Positions 37,212 through 47,332 of a DNA stretch of 64,000 bases are shown here, piece by piece; position 1 is the stretch's first letter; the number at the start of each line of letters is the position of its first letter. The notes below the pieces were generated by a model that saw nothing but the letters and a program-made list of their open reading frames with translations, had not been told where the DNA came from and searched no databases. The stretch is from Clostridia bacterium (GTDB lineage Bacteria > Bacillota > Clostridia > Oscillospirales > CAG-272): contig JAGAVJ010000021.1 in assembly GCA_017942005.1 (NCBI GenBank), forward strand, positions 102,676 to 166,675, read 5' to 3'. A program made the position numbers and the translations under genes.

Positions 37212-37544
37212 TTGAGTATTGTAATGAATTTATATTATACCGGAACGGGGAACAACGCCCGCAGATTTGCAGAAGAAATGGAAAGCAGTGGAACTGCCGA
37301 CCGTATTCGTAAAGAGCCGGGGAACGCTCGGTATGAATATTTTTTAAAAATTGATCAGCCTGAAACCGTTTTACTCATAGATGAATGGGAAAATCAGGAA
37401 GCGCTCGATCGTCACCACTCATCGCCTATGATGAAAACGATTATCGCACTGAGGGAAAAATATCATTTGACAGTAAAAGCAGAGCGTTATGTTACAGACG
37501 AAAACGGAATCCCCGAAGAGGATTTACGTTTTATTAAAAAATAA
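37212..37544 (+). CDS. Antibiotic-biosynthesis-monooxygenase-family (putative quinol monooxygenase) protein
   Basis: EPGNARYEY, LIDEW..Q.ALD.HH.SPMM. TTG start after AAGGGGG. Confidence 0.8.
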   Translation: MSIVMNLYYTGTGNNARRFAEEMESSGTADRIRKEPGNARYEYFLKIDQPETVLLIDEWENQEALDRHHSSPMMKTIIALREKYHLTVKAERYVTDENGIPEEDLRFIKK

Positions 37545-37578
37545 GGATACAAAGAAGAAACATTTGAATGATTCGCTT

Positions 37579-37607
37579 CACCGCTGCACGTATCCATGCA
37601 TATACTG
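37579..37607 (+). promoter_or_regulatory. sigmaK-like promoter
   Basis: CACC-N16-CATATACTG. Confidence 0.5.
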
Positions 37608-37643
37608 AATTATCGTCTTATACAGCGAAAAGGAGCATTTGTT

Positions 37644-38555
37644 ATGGATCAATTTCAAGAGTATGTTATGGAATCTTTGGAGCAGCACCTGTTTTTTGCG
37701 CGTATCATGAAGGAGCACGCCTTCTTTTTGAAGGTTGGTTTTCTGCCGCCGAATGCGGACCTTGCCAAAAAATGCGGACGTCTCATGAGAAAATTTGAAG
37801 AGCTTCTTGCGCGTGCAATTGCCCTCAGTGATTGTGCCGTTCGCCGTTGTGTGCTGGAATCCGGAGAACTGTTTACCGAGTTCACGGACTGTGCAGAAAG
37901 CCAAACGCAGTGCCTTACCGGCACACTGATCAATCGCAGTTTGACGACCAATGCAATGAAATTAAAGGGCTGCGATGATTGCGCGGATTCCTGCGCTTCA
38001 CAAGCGCTTGTGCGTCAGGTACAAAAATTAAACCGGGACGGTTTGCAGCTGGTGGACTGCATCATAGAAGTGAAAGAACAGATTCTGCGTGATATTCATT
38101 CGTGTAACGTATTCACATCAAATTACCCGCTGCTGATAGAGCATATTTTACGTGAAGCACGCCATTACCGTGATCATCTGATGTGTTTGGAGGGGTTAAG
38201 CAATTGCAGCTGCCGCGATCTTCGTGACAGTGAGCTGTTCTGGAACCAAATTATGATGGAACACGCATGGTTCATTCGCGGACTGCTCGATCCCAGTGAG
38301 GATACGTTGATTGGTACCGCGAATGATTTTGCAAACGATTATAAACGTCTTCTTGAGGCTTCCGCCGAAGCCAATGACAAGACCATGTGCAGTGGCAGGG
38401 AAGATTCTCTTGCACTGACCCAAAAATTCCGCGATTTTAAATGCGCAGGTGTGGAAGGAATTGAGGAATGCAAAATCCGTTCGATCATTCTTCCGCTGCT
38501 TGCCGATCATGTTCTGCGGGAAGCGAATCATTATCTCCGCCTGCTGGAAGCTTAA
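37644..38555 (+). CDS. DUF2935-domain protein
   Basis: Duplicated IMxEHAxF and HxLREAxHY motifs. Confidence 0.85.
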   Translation: MDQFQEYVMESLEQHLFFARIMKEHAFFLKVGFLPPNADLAKKCGRLMRKFEELLARAIALSDCAVRRCVLESGELFTEFTDCAESQTQCLTGTLINRSLTTNAMKLKGCDDCADSCASQALVRQVQKLNRDGLQLVDCIIEVKEQILRDIHSCNVFTSNYPLLIEHILREARHYRDHLMCLEGLSNCSCRDLRDSELFWNQIMMEHAWFIRGLLDPSEDTLIGTANDFANDYKRLLEASAEANDKTMCSGREDSLALTQKFRDFKCAGVEGIEECKIRSIILPLLADHVLREANHYLRLLEA

Positions 38556-38593
38556 GCGGTGCAAATGAATTCGCTGTCATGATGTGAGTTTTA

Positions 38594-38650
38594 TGAGGAG
38601 ATGCTTTTTGAAAAAAGCACCTCCTCAAACTCTCACACAAAAACTTTTAA
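38594..38650 (+). repeat. REP-like palindromic repeat, copy 3
   Basis: Near-identical to 7204-7260. Confidence 0.85.
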
Positions 38651-38833
38651 CGGGAAATATATGAAACACCTGTTGAAATTCAGATACCTGTGTTTGAATT
38701 TTCAACAGGCATTTTATTTTTTCTTTCACTTCATTTCCGTTTTTTTGATTTCTAACTCAAATTTGACAATAATTTCCTGTGAAAACTGCTCTCTATGTCG
38801 GATGTGTGCCAGTTTTGTTTTTTCTTGAGCATA

Positions 38834-38862
38834 CACCGTAGTTGATTTTACAGCATAAAATG
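38834..38862 (+). promoter_or_regulatory. sigmaK-like promoter
   Basis: CACC-N16-CATAAAATG. Confidence 0.5.
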
Positions 38863-38919
38863 AATTACACGGCTATGCTGCCGGATACCGTGTAATTTTA
38901 TTAAGGAGAAAAAAAGAAA

Positions 38920-41900
38920 ATGAAGAATAAAGATCAAATATTGGAATTTTCTGATGATATAGATACCGGACAAGTTCGGGTTTATGATATTGAGGCGATT
39001 TCACTTCCAATCGTCTATAACAAATACGGAGATCACGATCCCAATGGGCTTTTATATGTGCTCAAACAGGATTCAGAACGGATTCAGCGAAAGGCAAAGG
39101 AATTGTTTGCCAAGCCGACGCCGCAGCCGTATGAGGAAGTGCGTCCCCTTGTGATTCGTGCCAATGTGGGCGAAACGGTAATCATCAATTTTGAAAACAA
39201 ATTAAACCGCCGGGCATCTATCCATGTACAGGGCCTTGCATATGATGTATTGACCTCGGACGGTGCAAATGTTGGCTATAATCCGGATACAACGACCGAC
39301 CGCTTGATTCGCTATGTTTGGCGGGCAGAGAAGGAAGGCGTTTATCTGTTTTCGGATATGGCGGATACCAAAAGCAACGAGGACGGAACCAATGTGCACG
39401 GTCTGTTCGGTGCGATCATCGTGGAGGCGGCAGGTTCAACCTGGGTTGACCCGGTGACAGGAAAGCCTTTGGACAGCGGATTGTTTGCAGACATCTATCA
39501 TCCTGCAAAGCCTGCGTTCCGTGAATACGCGGTGTTCTTCCACGATGAACTGGAAATCTTGACAAAGGACGATGAGCCGCCCATTGATCCCCACACAGGA
39601 CTGCCTAACGGAACCACAGCCATCAGCTATCGCTCCGAGCCGATGCGCAACCGCCTTCCGCTTGATCATCATGCGGATCCTGCCGATACGGCGGAGGATA
39701 TTTCCATGAGCTCGTGGGCATATGGAGATCCTGCTCCGCCAATTCTTAAGGCCTATGTGGGAGACCCGTCTAAAATACGGCTGATTCATGGCGGTGTGAA
39801 GGAGACACATGTATTCCATCTGCACAATCATCAATGGCGTTTGGAGCCGGATGACGCCAAATCCACCGTGATTGATTCGATTTCCATCAGTCCGCAGGAA
39901 TGTTATACACTGAATATTCTATACGGTGCAGGCAGCTTCAACGGAATGATTGGCGACGCCATTTTTAACTGTCATCTCTATCCGCATTTCCATGAAGGCA
40001 TGTGGACGCTGTGGCGGGTGTTTGACCGCCTTCAGGACGGATGCGGCATGTATCCGGACGGAACACCCATAGAAGCGCTGATGCCGCTGCAGGATCGACC
40101 GCTTCCACCGCAGAAGGATGACTTGCATCCCGGATATCCAAACTTTATCAACGGTCAGTTTGGGCACGAGCCCCTGCAGCCGCCGCTTGGTATTCTGGAT
40201 AAAAACAATGAAAACAAAATAGAACCTTCACCAAAGGAAGAAGCAAACTTTGTCGATCACGCAGCACCTGGTGCGCTGTATACGGATACCTGTCCGTGCT
40301 GTACAGACGAAACAATAAAAGTGTTTGAAATTGCAGCGGTGCAGGCAAAACTGATTTATAACCGGTTTGGCTGGCATGACCCTCAAGGACGGTTCTTTGT
40401 TCTGAAGGAAGATATTGAGAGGGAAGGAACACTGGATCATTATTTGGAAAAGGTAGAGTCTGGTGAAATTCGCCCAGAGCCACTGGTGATCCGTGTCAAC
40501 GCAGGCGACTGTATTGAAATCCGTTTGACCAATTTTTTGCCGGAGTTTATTGGGGGTAATGCGTTTCAGAGAAAGACTCTTACCGATATTGTTGGATATC
40601 ATATTCATCTGGTGAAATTTGATACCATTGTATCGGACGGCTCTGCAAACGGCTGGAATAATATCGCTGGAGCCAGAAAATGTGAAACCTTGATTGAGCG
40701 CTTTTTTGCCAATGAAGAACTGAATACCGTATTCTTCCATGATCATCTGTTTGCCAATATGCATCAGCAGCACGGGATGTTTGGTGCTGTGATTGTAGAA
40801 CCGGCGGGCGCCGTTTTTCTCGACCCGAAAACAGGTGAACCTTTAAAAAGCGGAACAAAGGCGGTTATCCGTACTGCGGACGGAAAATCTTTCCGAGAGT
40901 TTGCACTGTTCCTTCACGATTTTGCGCTGTTGTTCGATCGGGACGGTAAACCGCTCAACCCGCCGGAGCATCCGGGTTCTGATGATGATCCCGGTGTTAT
41001 GGGAATCAATTATCGCTGCGATCCGATGCCGGAACGACTGAAGATAAAAAACGATCCTGCGCATATTTTCAGTTCCTTTGTATATGGGGACCCGGATACA
41101 CCGATTTTAGAAACGTATCCGGGAGAGCCGATACGCATTCGTCTGCTGGACGGTGCGCATGAAGAACAGCACGTCTTTAATATTGCCGGATTGCCTTGGC
41201 GAAAAGAAATCACGGATTCTTCTTCTCCGGTTGTACAATCTCAAACCATTGGTATATCTGAAGCGTTTAACCTGCACATTGATGAACCGTACACGGCAGG
41301 CGATTACCTGTATTACTCCGGAGGAATCGATGATTTGTGGTTGGGCTTATGGGGAATCATCCGTGCTTATGCAGTACCGCATAAGAATCTGCTGCCGCTG
41401 TGCGGTATTCGCCCGATTGCGCCTCCCAGAACGCCGCCGAACGGTGCGGTTATTCGTAAATTTGAAATTGCCGCCATTCAAAAAAATCTGATTTACAATC
41501 GTTTTGGCGACCATGATCCTGAGGGGTTGCTGTTTGTTCCCATGAATCAGGCACACGATGTGATGTGCGGCAAAAAAGTACCGATTCCTTTGATTTTGAG
41601 AGCAAATGCGGGGGATTGGATCGAGGTCACACTGCACAATCTGTTTGACCCGGACATTCCCATCCGGTACAACGAATACCCTTCCGTTCCTCTGGACTGT
41701 CCGCATAAACCAAGCAACCGGGTATCGCTGAATCCGCAGTTTTTAAAATACGACCCGATTGCGTCTTCCGGTATCAACGTGGGATATAACGCGATTGAGC
41801 AAACCGCTGCGCCTGGAGAAAGCATCAAATATTTGTGGCATGCAGACAGGGAGTGCGGCACCAGTCTGCTCACTTCCTTCGGTGATCTGCGCAACCATCG

Positions 41901-42624
41901 GCATCATGGTCTGTTTGGAGCGATTATGATTGAGCCGTTTGGGTCAATGTATTATAACAGCATACGCACAGTGACCGAAAACTATAAAGACGAAGCAGTG
42001 ATTACGGCACCGGGCGTGGAAACGTTTCGGGAATTTGTTTTGTTTGCGCACAACGGGATACGCCTGCTCGATAAAGACGGCATGCTGATTAAAACAACAG
42101 AACAGGATCACATGGATGGAGAGGGTGGTCATGGCGCACCGGATCATGAGGATACTGGAGAAAAGGGCTATAATTATCGCTCAGAGCGGTTCTTCAATCG
42201 TCTGAAACGGGTTCCTATCATTTCCAAAATATTTGATTCCAAAACACATGGGGATCCGGCAACACCGGTTTTAAAGTCCTATATCGGTGAACGTGTCATC
42301 ATCCGTTTGATCATGCCGGCAGATAAGCCGAGAAATATCAGTTTTACGCTGCATGGGCATCAATGGAAAGCACAGCCGGATGATCCTTTTTCCAGAACCA
42401 TTCCGATTCAGGGAGCGATCAGCGTTGGCAATGTGTTCAACATTGAACCAGAACGCACAGAATGCCCGGGGGACTATCTGTATCGCTCCGGTTCCCTGCG
42501 TTGGGATATTGAGTCAGGGATGTGGGGGATTTTCCGCGTATTGAAACGTAACATTCGCTGCCGCTGTGAAACTGTATGCAGAAATGCAAAGCAGTGGTTG
42601 GAGAAAAAACGGTGTGAAAAGTAA
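38920..42624 (+). CDS. Large multicopper oxidase, MnxG-like
   Basis: 1234 aa with three YN.(Y/F)G.HDP.G / PL..R.N.G modules; HVFHLHNH, NCHLYPHFHEGM, YHIH, FFHDH, LHGH. Confidence 0.85.
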   Translation: MKNKDQILEFSDDIDTGQVRVYDIEAISLPIVYNKYGDHDPNGLLYVLKQDSERIQRKAKELFAKPTPQPYEEVRPLVIRANVGETVIINFENKLNRRASIHVQGLAYDVLTSDGANVGYNPDTTTDRLIRYVWRAEKEGVYLFSDMADTKSNEDGTNVHGLFGAIIVEAAGSTWVDPVTGKPLDSGLFADIYHPAKPAFREYAVFFHDELEILTKDDEPPIDPHTGLPNGTTAISYRSEPMRNRLPLDHHADPADTAEDISMSSWAYGDPAPPILKAYVGDPSKIRLIHGGVKETHVFHLHNHQWRLEPDDAKSTVIDSISISPQECYTLNILYGAGSFNGMIGDAIFNCHLYPHFHEGMWTLWRVFDRLQDGCGMYPDGTPIEALMPLQDRPLPPQKDDLHPGYPNFINGQFGHEPLQPPLGILDKNNENKIEPSPKEEANFVDHAAPGALYTDTCPCCTDETIKVFEIAAVQAKLIYNRFGWHDPQGRFFVLKEDIEREGTLDHYLEKVESGEIRPEPLVIRVNAGDCIEIRLTNFLPEFIGGNAFQRKTLTDIVGYHIHLVKFDTIVSDGSANGWNNIAGARKCETLIERFFANEELNTVFFHDHLFANMHQQHGMFGAVIVEPAGAVFLDPKTGEPLKSGTKAVIRTADGKSFREFALFLHDFALLFDRDGKPLNPPEHPGSDDDPGVMGINYRCDPMPERLKIKNDPAHIFSSFVYGDPDTPILETYPGEPIRIRLLDGAHEEQHVFNIAGLPWRKEITDSSSPVVQSQTIGISEAFNLHIDEPYTAGDYLYYSGGIDDLWLGLWGIIRAYAVPHKNLLPLCGIRPIAPPRTPPNGAVIRKFEIAAIQKNLIYNRFGDHDPEGLLFVPMNQAHDVMCGKKVPIPLILRANAGDWIEVTLHNLFDPDIPIRYNEYPSVPLDCPHKPSNRVSLNPQFLKYDPIASSGINVGYNAIEQTAAPGESIKYLWHADRECGTSLLTSFGDLRNHRHHGLFGAIMIEPFGSMYYNSIRTVTENYKDEAVITAPGVETFREFVLFAHNGIRLLDKDGMLIKTTEQDHMDGEGGHGAPDHEDTGEKGYNYRSERFFNRLKRVPIISKIFDSKTHGDPATPVLKSYIGERVIIRLIMPADKPRNISFTLHGHQWKAQPDDPFSRTIPIQGAISVGNVFNIEPERTECPGDYLYRSGSLRWDIESGMWGIFRVLKRNIRCRCETVCRNAKQWLEKKRCEK

Positions 42625-42951
42625 TTTCAATTTTTTAATGCTGATTGTATAGACTGATTTTCCTCCATTAACAAAAAGCGCGATTGATTTCCGAATCTCT
42701 ATGAGCAGGACTTCAATGGCGCTGTTTTTTAATTTCTTTTAATGATATTGAAGCAATGTTTTGATGTTTCAAATACGGAAAACAAGTTTTCCTTATGGAT
42801 AAGTATGGTTTCCACAAAAACGGGAAAACTCATTGGTAATGAAAAAGTACACCACATCGGTTGATAAATTTTAATGAAAACATTGACAATTTCCCCAAAA
42901 AGGCGTATAATAATGCTATCAACTGATCAAAAATAGAAAGGATAGAATGAG

Positions 42952-43428
42952 ATGCATCTAACACGGGAAGCAGATTATGCACTTCGTATCATGTATACAC
43001 TTGCAGTGAACAATAAATTAACCGATGCGCAGACCATCTCAGATTCCATTGCAGTCACACGCCGTTTTACTTTAAAAATTCTCAGCAAGCTGACGGAAGC
43101 CGGATTGGCATCCTCCAAACTTGGCGCAGGCGGGGGATATTATCTTGCAAAGCCGGCAGACGAAATTTCCATTGCCGAGGTGATTGAAGCGATTGAAGGA
43201 CCGTTTGCCATCAGCACCTGTTTGGCACAGGGATATACGTGCGAGCGTGTTGACGACTGCGGAAACTGTATATTTCATTGTATCTTTGACGTCATGAATG
43301 AGGACATGCGGAAAACGCTTGCTGCTGTCAGCATTGGCGACGCGGCAGCACTATCTCCTTTGGATATGCAAAAACGGATACGGCTGCTGTCGGAAAAAAA
43401 GAGTACCGATCTGAATGAAAATGGATAG
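42952..43428 (+). CDS. Rrf2-family regulator (Cys-containing)
   Basis: READYALR, G..GGYYLAK, C..C...C.C. Promoter TTGACA (42883)-N17-TATAAT. Confidence 0.92.
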   Translation: MHLTREADYALRIMYTLAVNNKLTDAQTISDSIAVTRRFTLKILSKLTEAGLASSKLGAGGGYYLAKPADEISIAEVIEAIEGPFAISTCLAQGYTCERVDDCGNCIFHCIFDVMNEDMRKTLAAVSIGDAAALSPLDMQKRIRLLSEKKSTDLNENG

Positions 43429-43538
43429 GGAATTGACGATGCGCGGTATCATTTTGACATGATAGCAAAAAAAGAAGGATTATTTTTTGGTGTCAAAATA
43501 ATGTTTACTAAAAAGGTGTATAAATTTTGGAAAAGCTA

Positions 43539-43750
43539 TTGACAAACGGGGAAAATGGGTGTATAATATAACTGAAAGCAAGATGTTCTTCCACCTCCCA
43601 CCTTCTATAGGCGGCAGAAGACATATACATTTTGCTGTTTGACGGGGCAATATCGCCCCTTAATTGAGTGAAAATCATACATCGGTTTTGCCATGAAATG
43701 GAAAAATGGACAAGACCTGATGATGCAATAAATAAGGAGGAGTATTTACA
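43539..43750 (+). promoter_or_regulatory. sigmaA promoter plus ~175-nt structured 5' leader (candidate cis-regulatory RNA)
   Basis: TTGACA-N17-TATAAT; stems AGCAAGATGT/ACATTTTGCT and GGGGC/GCCCC; CCTCC anti-SD-like tract. Confidence 0.55.
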
Positions 43751-44296
43751 ATGAAAAAGTTTGTATGTAAGGTTTGCGGTTATATCTATGAGGGTGAGGC
43801 AGCTCCTGAAGCATGCCCGCAGTGCAAGGCGCCTGCTTCCAAGTTTGAAGAAGTAAAGGGCGAGATGACTTGGGCTGCAGAGCATTCTGTAGGTGTTGCA
43901 CAGGGATCCTCTGATGATATTATGGAAGACCTCCGCGCCAACTTCAACGGCGAATGCACAGAAGTCGGTATGTACCTGGCAATGGCACGTGTTGCACACA
44001 GAGAAGGATATCCCGAAATCGGTCTGTACTGGGAAAAGGCAGCTTACGAAGAAGCAGAGCATGCTGCAAAATTTGCAGAGCTGCTGGGTGAGGTCATTAC
44101 CGATTCCACCGAAAAGAATCTCGCAATGCGTGTAGAAGCTGAAAACGGTGCAACTGCCGGTAAGTTTGATCTTGCAAAGCGCGCAAAGGCGGCTGGTCTG
44201 GATGCAATCCACGATACCGTACATGAAATGGCACGCGATGAAGCACGTCACGGCAAGGCATTTGCAGGTCTGCTTGCAAGATATTTCGGCAAATAA
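43751..44296 (+). CDS. rbr: Reverse rubrerythrin (NADH peroxidase)
   Basis: N-terminal CKVCG...CPQC rubredoxin domain; EEAEH and DEARH diiron motifs. Confidence 0.95.
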   Translation: MKKFVCKVCGYIYEGEAAPEACPQCKAPASKFEEVKGEMTWAAEHSVGVAQGSSDDIMEDLRANFNGECTEVGMYLAMARVAHREGYPEIGLYWEKAAYEEAEHAAKFAELLGEVITDSTEKNLAMRVEAENGATAGKFDLAKRAKAAGLDAIHDTVHEMARDEARHGKAFAGLLARYFGK

Positions 44297-44331
44297 GAAC
44301 GTGTTGTTTCCCCGGGTTAATTTCTAAGAAG

Positions 44332-44383
44332 AAAAAGGCAGTTTCAGGAGATGCTTTCATTCTCTCCGGAGACTGCCTTTTTT
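44332..44383. terminator. Intrinsic terminator after rbr
   Basis: AAAAAGGCAGTTTC...GAGACTGCCTTTTTT. Confidence 0.8.
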
Positions 44384-44517
44384 GTCCCGGAAAACAAAAA
44401 ATTTACATAAAAACCTTGCCGGATCAACAAAAATATGATATAATATGATATCAGGGTAATTTCCTGATTTCCCAAATAAATGTGTACCTCGTACTTGAGG
44501 AAAAGGATGGATATATC

Positions 44518-45729
44518 ATGAAATATCTGGTAGTATTAGCAGACGGTATGGCCGACCTCCCGCTGGAAGCGCTTGGCAATCAGACACCGATGGAAGCAGC
44601 CGATAAACCAACGATGGATATGCTTGCAAAGCATGCCTATGTCGGTACTGTTTCAAACGTTCCCGCAGGGATGGTGCCGGAAAGTGATACTGCAAACCTT
44701 GCAGTGCTTTCTTATGACCCGAAGGTGTATTCCAAGGGTCGTTCCCCTCTGGAAGCGATGAGCATGGGACTGTCGATGTCGCCGGACGACACTGCCATTC
44801 GCTGCAATGTGGTTACGCTTTCTGAGGAAGAGGAACGGTATGAGGATAAAATCATTCTCGATCATTCCGCCGACGAAATTACGACGGAAGAAGCCGATCA
44901 GCTGATCAAAGCCATTGACGCGGCACTTGGCGATGAGAACCGCCATTTTTATACAGGAATCTCTTACAGACACTGTCTGATCTGGAAGAATGTGCCGTCA
45001 GACTATAATTTTGAACGTCCGCATGACCATTTAGGCGAGCACATCGGCGCGTATCTGCCCAAAGGAGAAGCCGGCGCACCGTATCTGGAGCTGATGAAGA
45101 AGAGTTACGATATCCTCAATCATCATCCGGTCAACGAAGCCCGCCGCGCACGCGGTCTGAAGCCTGCAAACTCCATTTGGCTGTGGAGCCCCGGAAAAAA
45201 GCCGCAGCTGCCTGATTTCAATGCAAAATGGGGACTGCGCGGTGCTGTGATTTCCGCGGTTGATTTAATCAAGGGCATCGGTATCTGTGCGGGTATGAAA
45301 TCCATCGATGTGGAAGGTGCAACCGGTAATGTCCACACAAACTACGAAGGAAAGGCAAATGCCGCCATAGAGGCATTCAAGTCCGGTGACAATTTTGTGT
45401 ACATCCATGTGGAAGGTCCCGATGAGTGCGGCCACAGAGCGGAAATGGAAAATAAGGTCATCTGCATTGAAAAAATCGACCATTTGATTTTAAAACCGGT
45501 ATACGATTACCTGATGCGTACCGGAGAAGACTTTACCATTATGGTATTGCCGGATCATCCGACGCCGATTGTGCGCCGCACGCATACCATTGATCCTGTT
45601 CCGTTTTTGATCTGGAAAAAAGGGAAAGAGGAGAGCGGCGTCGACGGCTTCTCGGAAAAGAACGCCGCACAAACCGGTGTTTATCTTGCGCATGGATATG
45701 ATCTGCTTTCCCATATGATCGAAAAATAA
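44518..45729 (+). CDS. apgM: ApgM-family cofactor-independent phosphoglycerate mutase (proposed homoserine kinase subfamily)
   Basis: LADGMAD, PESDTANL, HVEGPDECGH, PDHPTP, HTIDPVP. Confidence 0.85.
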   Translation: MKYLVVLADGMADLPLEALGNQTPMEAADKPTMDMLAKHAYVGTVSNVPAGMVPESDTANLAVLSYDPKVYSKGRSPLEAMSMGLSMSPDDTAIRCNVVTLSEEEERYEDKIILDHSADEITTEEADQLIKAIDAALGDENRHFYTGISYRHCLIWKNVPSDYNFERPHDHLGEHIGAYLPKGEAGAPYLELMKKSYDILNHHPVNEARRARGLKPANSIWLWSPGKKPQLPDFNAKWGLRGAVISAVDLIKGIGICAGMKSIDVEGATGNVHTNYEGKANAAIEAFKSGDNFVYIHVEGPDECGHRAEMENKVICIEKIDHLILKPVYDYLMRTGEDFTIMVLPDHPTPIVRRTHTIDPVPFLIWKKGKEESGVDGFSEKNAAQTGVYLAHGYDLLSHMIEK

Positions 45730-45755
45730 AAGAAAGAATAAGGAACAATCTCATC

Positions 45756-46391
45756 ATGCAGAATCAAAACGAAACTACCGAGTTTGAAGTGCAGCCGTCC
45801 TCCGGTGCAAATGGGAGTGGCAGTGGGAAGGGAAAAAAGAAACCCAAAGAGAAGCTTGACCCGAGACGGGAATTTTTTGAGTGGATCGAGTTGTTTGGCT
45901 ATGCCGTGGCTGTAGTCATTGTTCTGTTTACCTTTATCTGCCGGATTGCAGTCGTCGACGGGCCTTCCATGGAGCAAACCCTTTTTGACAAAGAAGTTCT
46001 GCTTGTCACGGATTTCATGTACGAGCCGAAGCCGGGGGACGTCATTGTGTTCCAGTCCAATACGATTTTAAATAATGAAGCCATTGTCAAGCGTGTCATT
46101 GCGACCGAAGGACAGACGGTGGATATTGATTTTGAAACGTGGACGGTAACTGTAGACGGGGTTCCGCTGAAAGAGGACTATGTCAATTATATAGCGGGGC
46201 AATATATGAACGGCTCCAGCTATCAGTTCCCGTTGACGGTGGAAGAAGGAAAGATTTTTGTCATGGGTGACAACCGCAACCATTCCACCGACAGCCGCGA
46301 TTATCGGATTGGTCAGGTGGATACCCGATTTGTCCTCGGTCGTGTCCTTGCGCGGGTGATGCCGCTGCAAAAATTCGGTCCGATTCAATAA
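45756..46391 (+). CDS. lepB: Signal peptidase I
   Basis: TM, GPSME, VKRVI, GDNRNHSTDSR. Confidence 0.95.
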   Translation: MQNQNETTEFEVQPSSGANGSGSGKGKKKPKEKLDPRREFFEWIELFGYAVAVVIVLFTFICRIAVVDGPSMEQTLFDKEVLLVTDFMYEPKPGDVIVFQSNTILNNEAIVKRVIATEGQTVDIDFETWTVTVDGVPLKEDYVNYIAGQYMNGSSYQFPLTVEEGKIFVMGDNRNHSTDSRDYRIGQVDTRFVLGRVLARVMPLQKFGPIQ

Positions 46392-46401
46392 GGAGAGTTT
46401 C

Positions 46402-47277
46402 ATGCCATCTGATATTATCCAATGGTTCCCCGGCCATATGGCAAAAACGCGGCGGCTGATTACAGAAAATCTGCCGATGGTTGATCTTGTCATTGAAGTG
46501 CTGGACGCCCGAATTCCGTACAGCTCCAAAAATCCGGAGCTGCGGAAGCTGGTCGGGCAAAAACCCGTTTTGACGGTTTTATCAAAATCCGCGCTTGCCG
46601 ACCCCAAAGCCGGACAGGAGTGGATGGAATACTATAAAGCGTGCGGAAGGCGTGCGGTTTTTATCGACTGCATGACCGGATTCGGCATGGATCGGTTTGC
46701 GTCGAGTGTGGAAGAACTGCTTGCACAAAAGCGTGCGCGGTATGAAGAAAAGGGGATGTCCGGACGTACCCTAAAGGCGATGATCGTCGGCATTCCCAAT
46801 GTTGGAAAATCTTCACTGATCAATAAAATATCCGGCGGAAAATCGGCGAAAGTGGAAAACCGTCCCGGTGTTACCTTGAACAAGCAATGGGTTTCCACGC
46901 AGGTCGGACTGGATCTTTTGGATATGCCCGGTGTCCTCTGGCCGAAGTTTGAGGACCAGACTGTTGGTGAAAACCTTGCAATTACAGGTGCGATCAAGGA
47001 CGATATCATGGATTTGGAACGCATTGCATACGCTTTGGTTGGACGGCTGCGCACCATGTATCCAGATTTGCTGTGTGAGCGGTTTAAGCTTGGTGACCTT
47101 TCCCAATACGACGACCTTGACGACTGGGATTTATTTGAGGTCATCGGCAGAAAACGCGGATTTTTGATGGCTGGCGGCGTTGTGGATACAGAACGCTGTG
47201 CAAAAGCTATGATTGATGAATTCCGACAAGCGAAAATCGGACGTATCACGCTGGAACGTCCAAAGTCCGGAAAATAA
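46402..47277 (+). CDS. rbgA: Ribosome biogenesis GTPase RbgA/YlqF
   Basis: IQWFPGHMAK, GIPNVGKSSLIN, LLDMPG. Confidence 0.96.
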   Translation: MPSDIIQWFPGHMAKTRRLITENLPMVDLVIEVLDARIPYSSKNPELRKLVGQKPVLTVLSKSALADPKAGQEWMEYYKACGRRAVFIDCMTGFGMDRFASSVEELLAQKRARYEEKGMSGRTLKAMIVGIPNVGKSSLINKISGGKSAKVENRPGVTLNKQWVSTQVGLDLLDMPGVLWPKFEDQTVGENLAITGAIKDDIMDLERIAYALVGRLRTMYPDLLCERFKLGDLSQYDDLDDWDLFEVIGRKRGFLMAGGVVDTERCAKAMIDEFRQAKIGRITLERPKSGK

Positions 47278-47332
47278 CGGAAAATACAAAAAAGCCGTCC
47301 GCAAAGACGGAAGAGGTCGAGGAAACTGAAAC

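Noticed and set aside
43574-43730. 6S RNA call
   Set aside because: A rod-like fold is possible, but I could not recognise the 6S central bubble or conserved motifs, and there is no terminator before rbr. Left as an unassigned leader.
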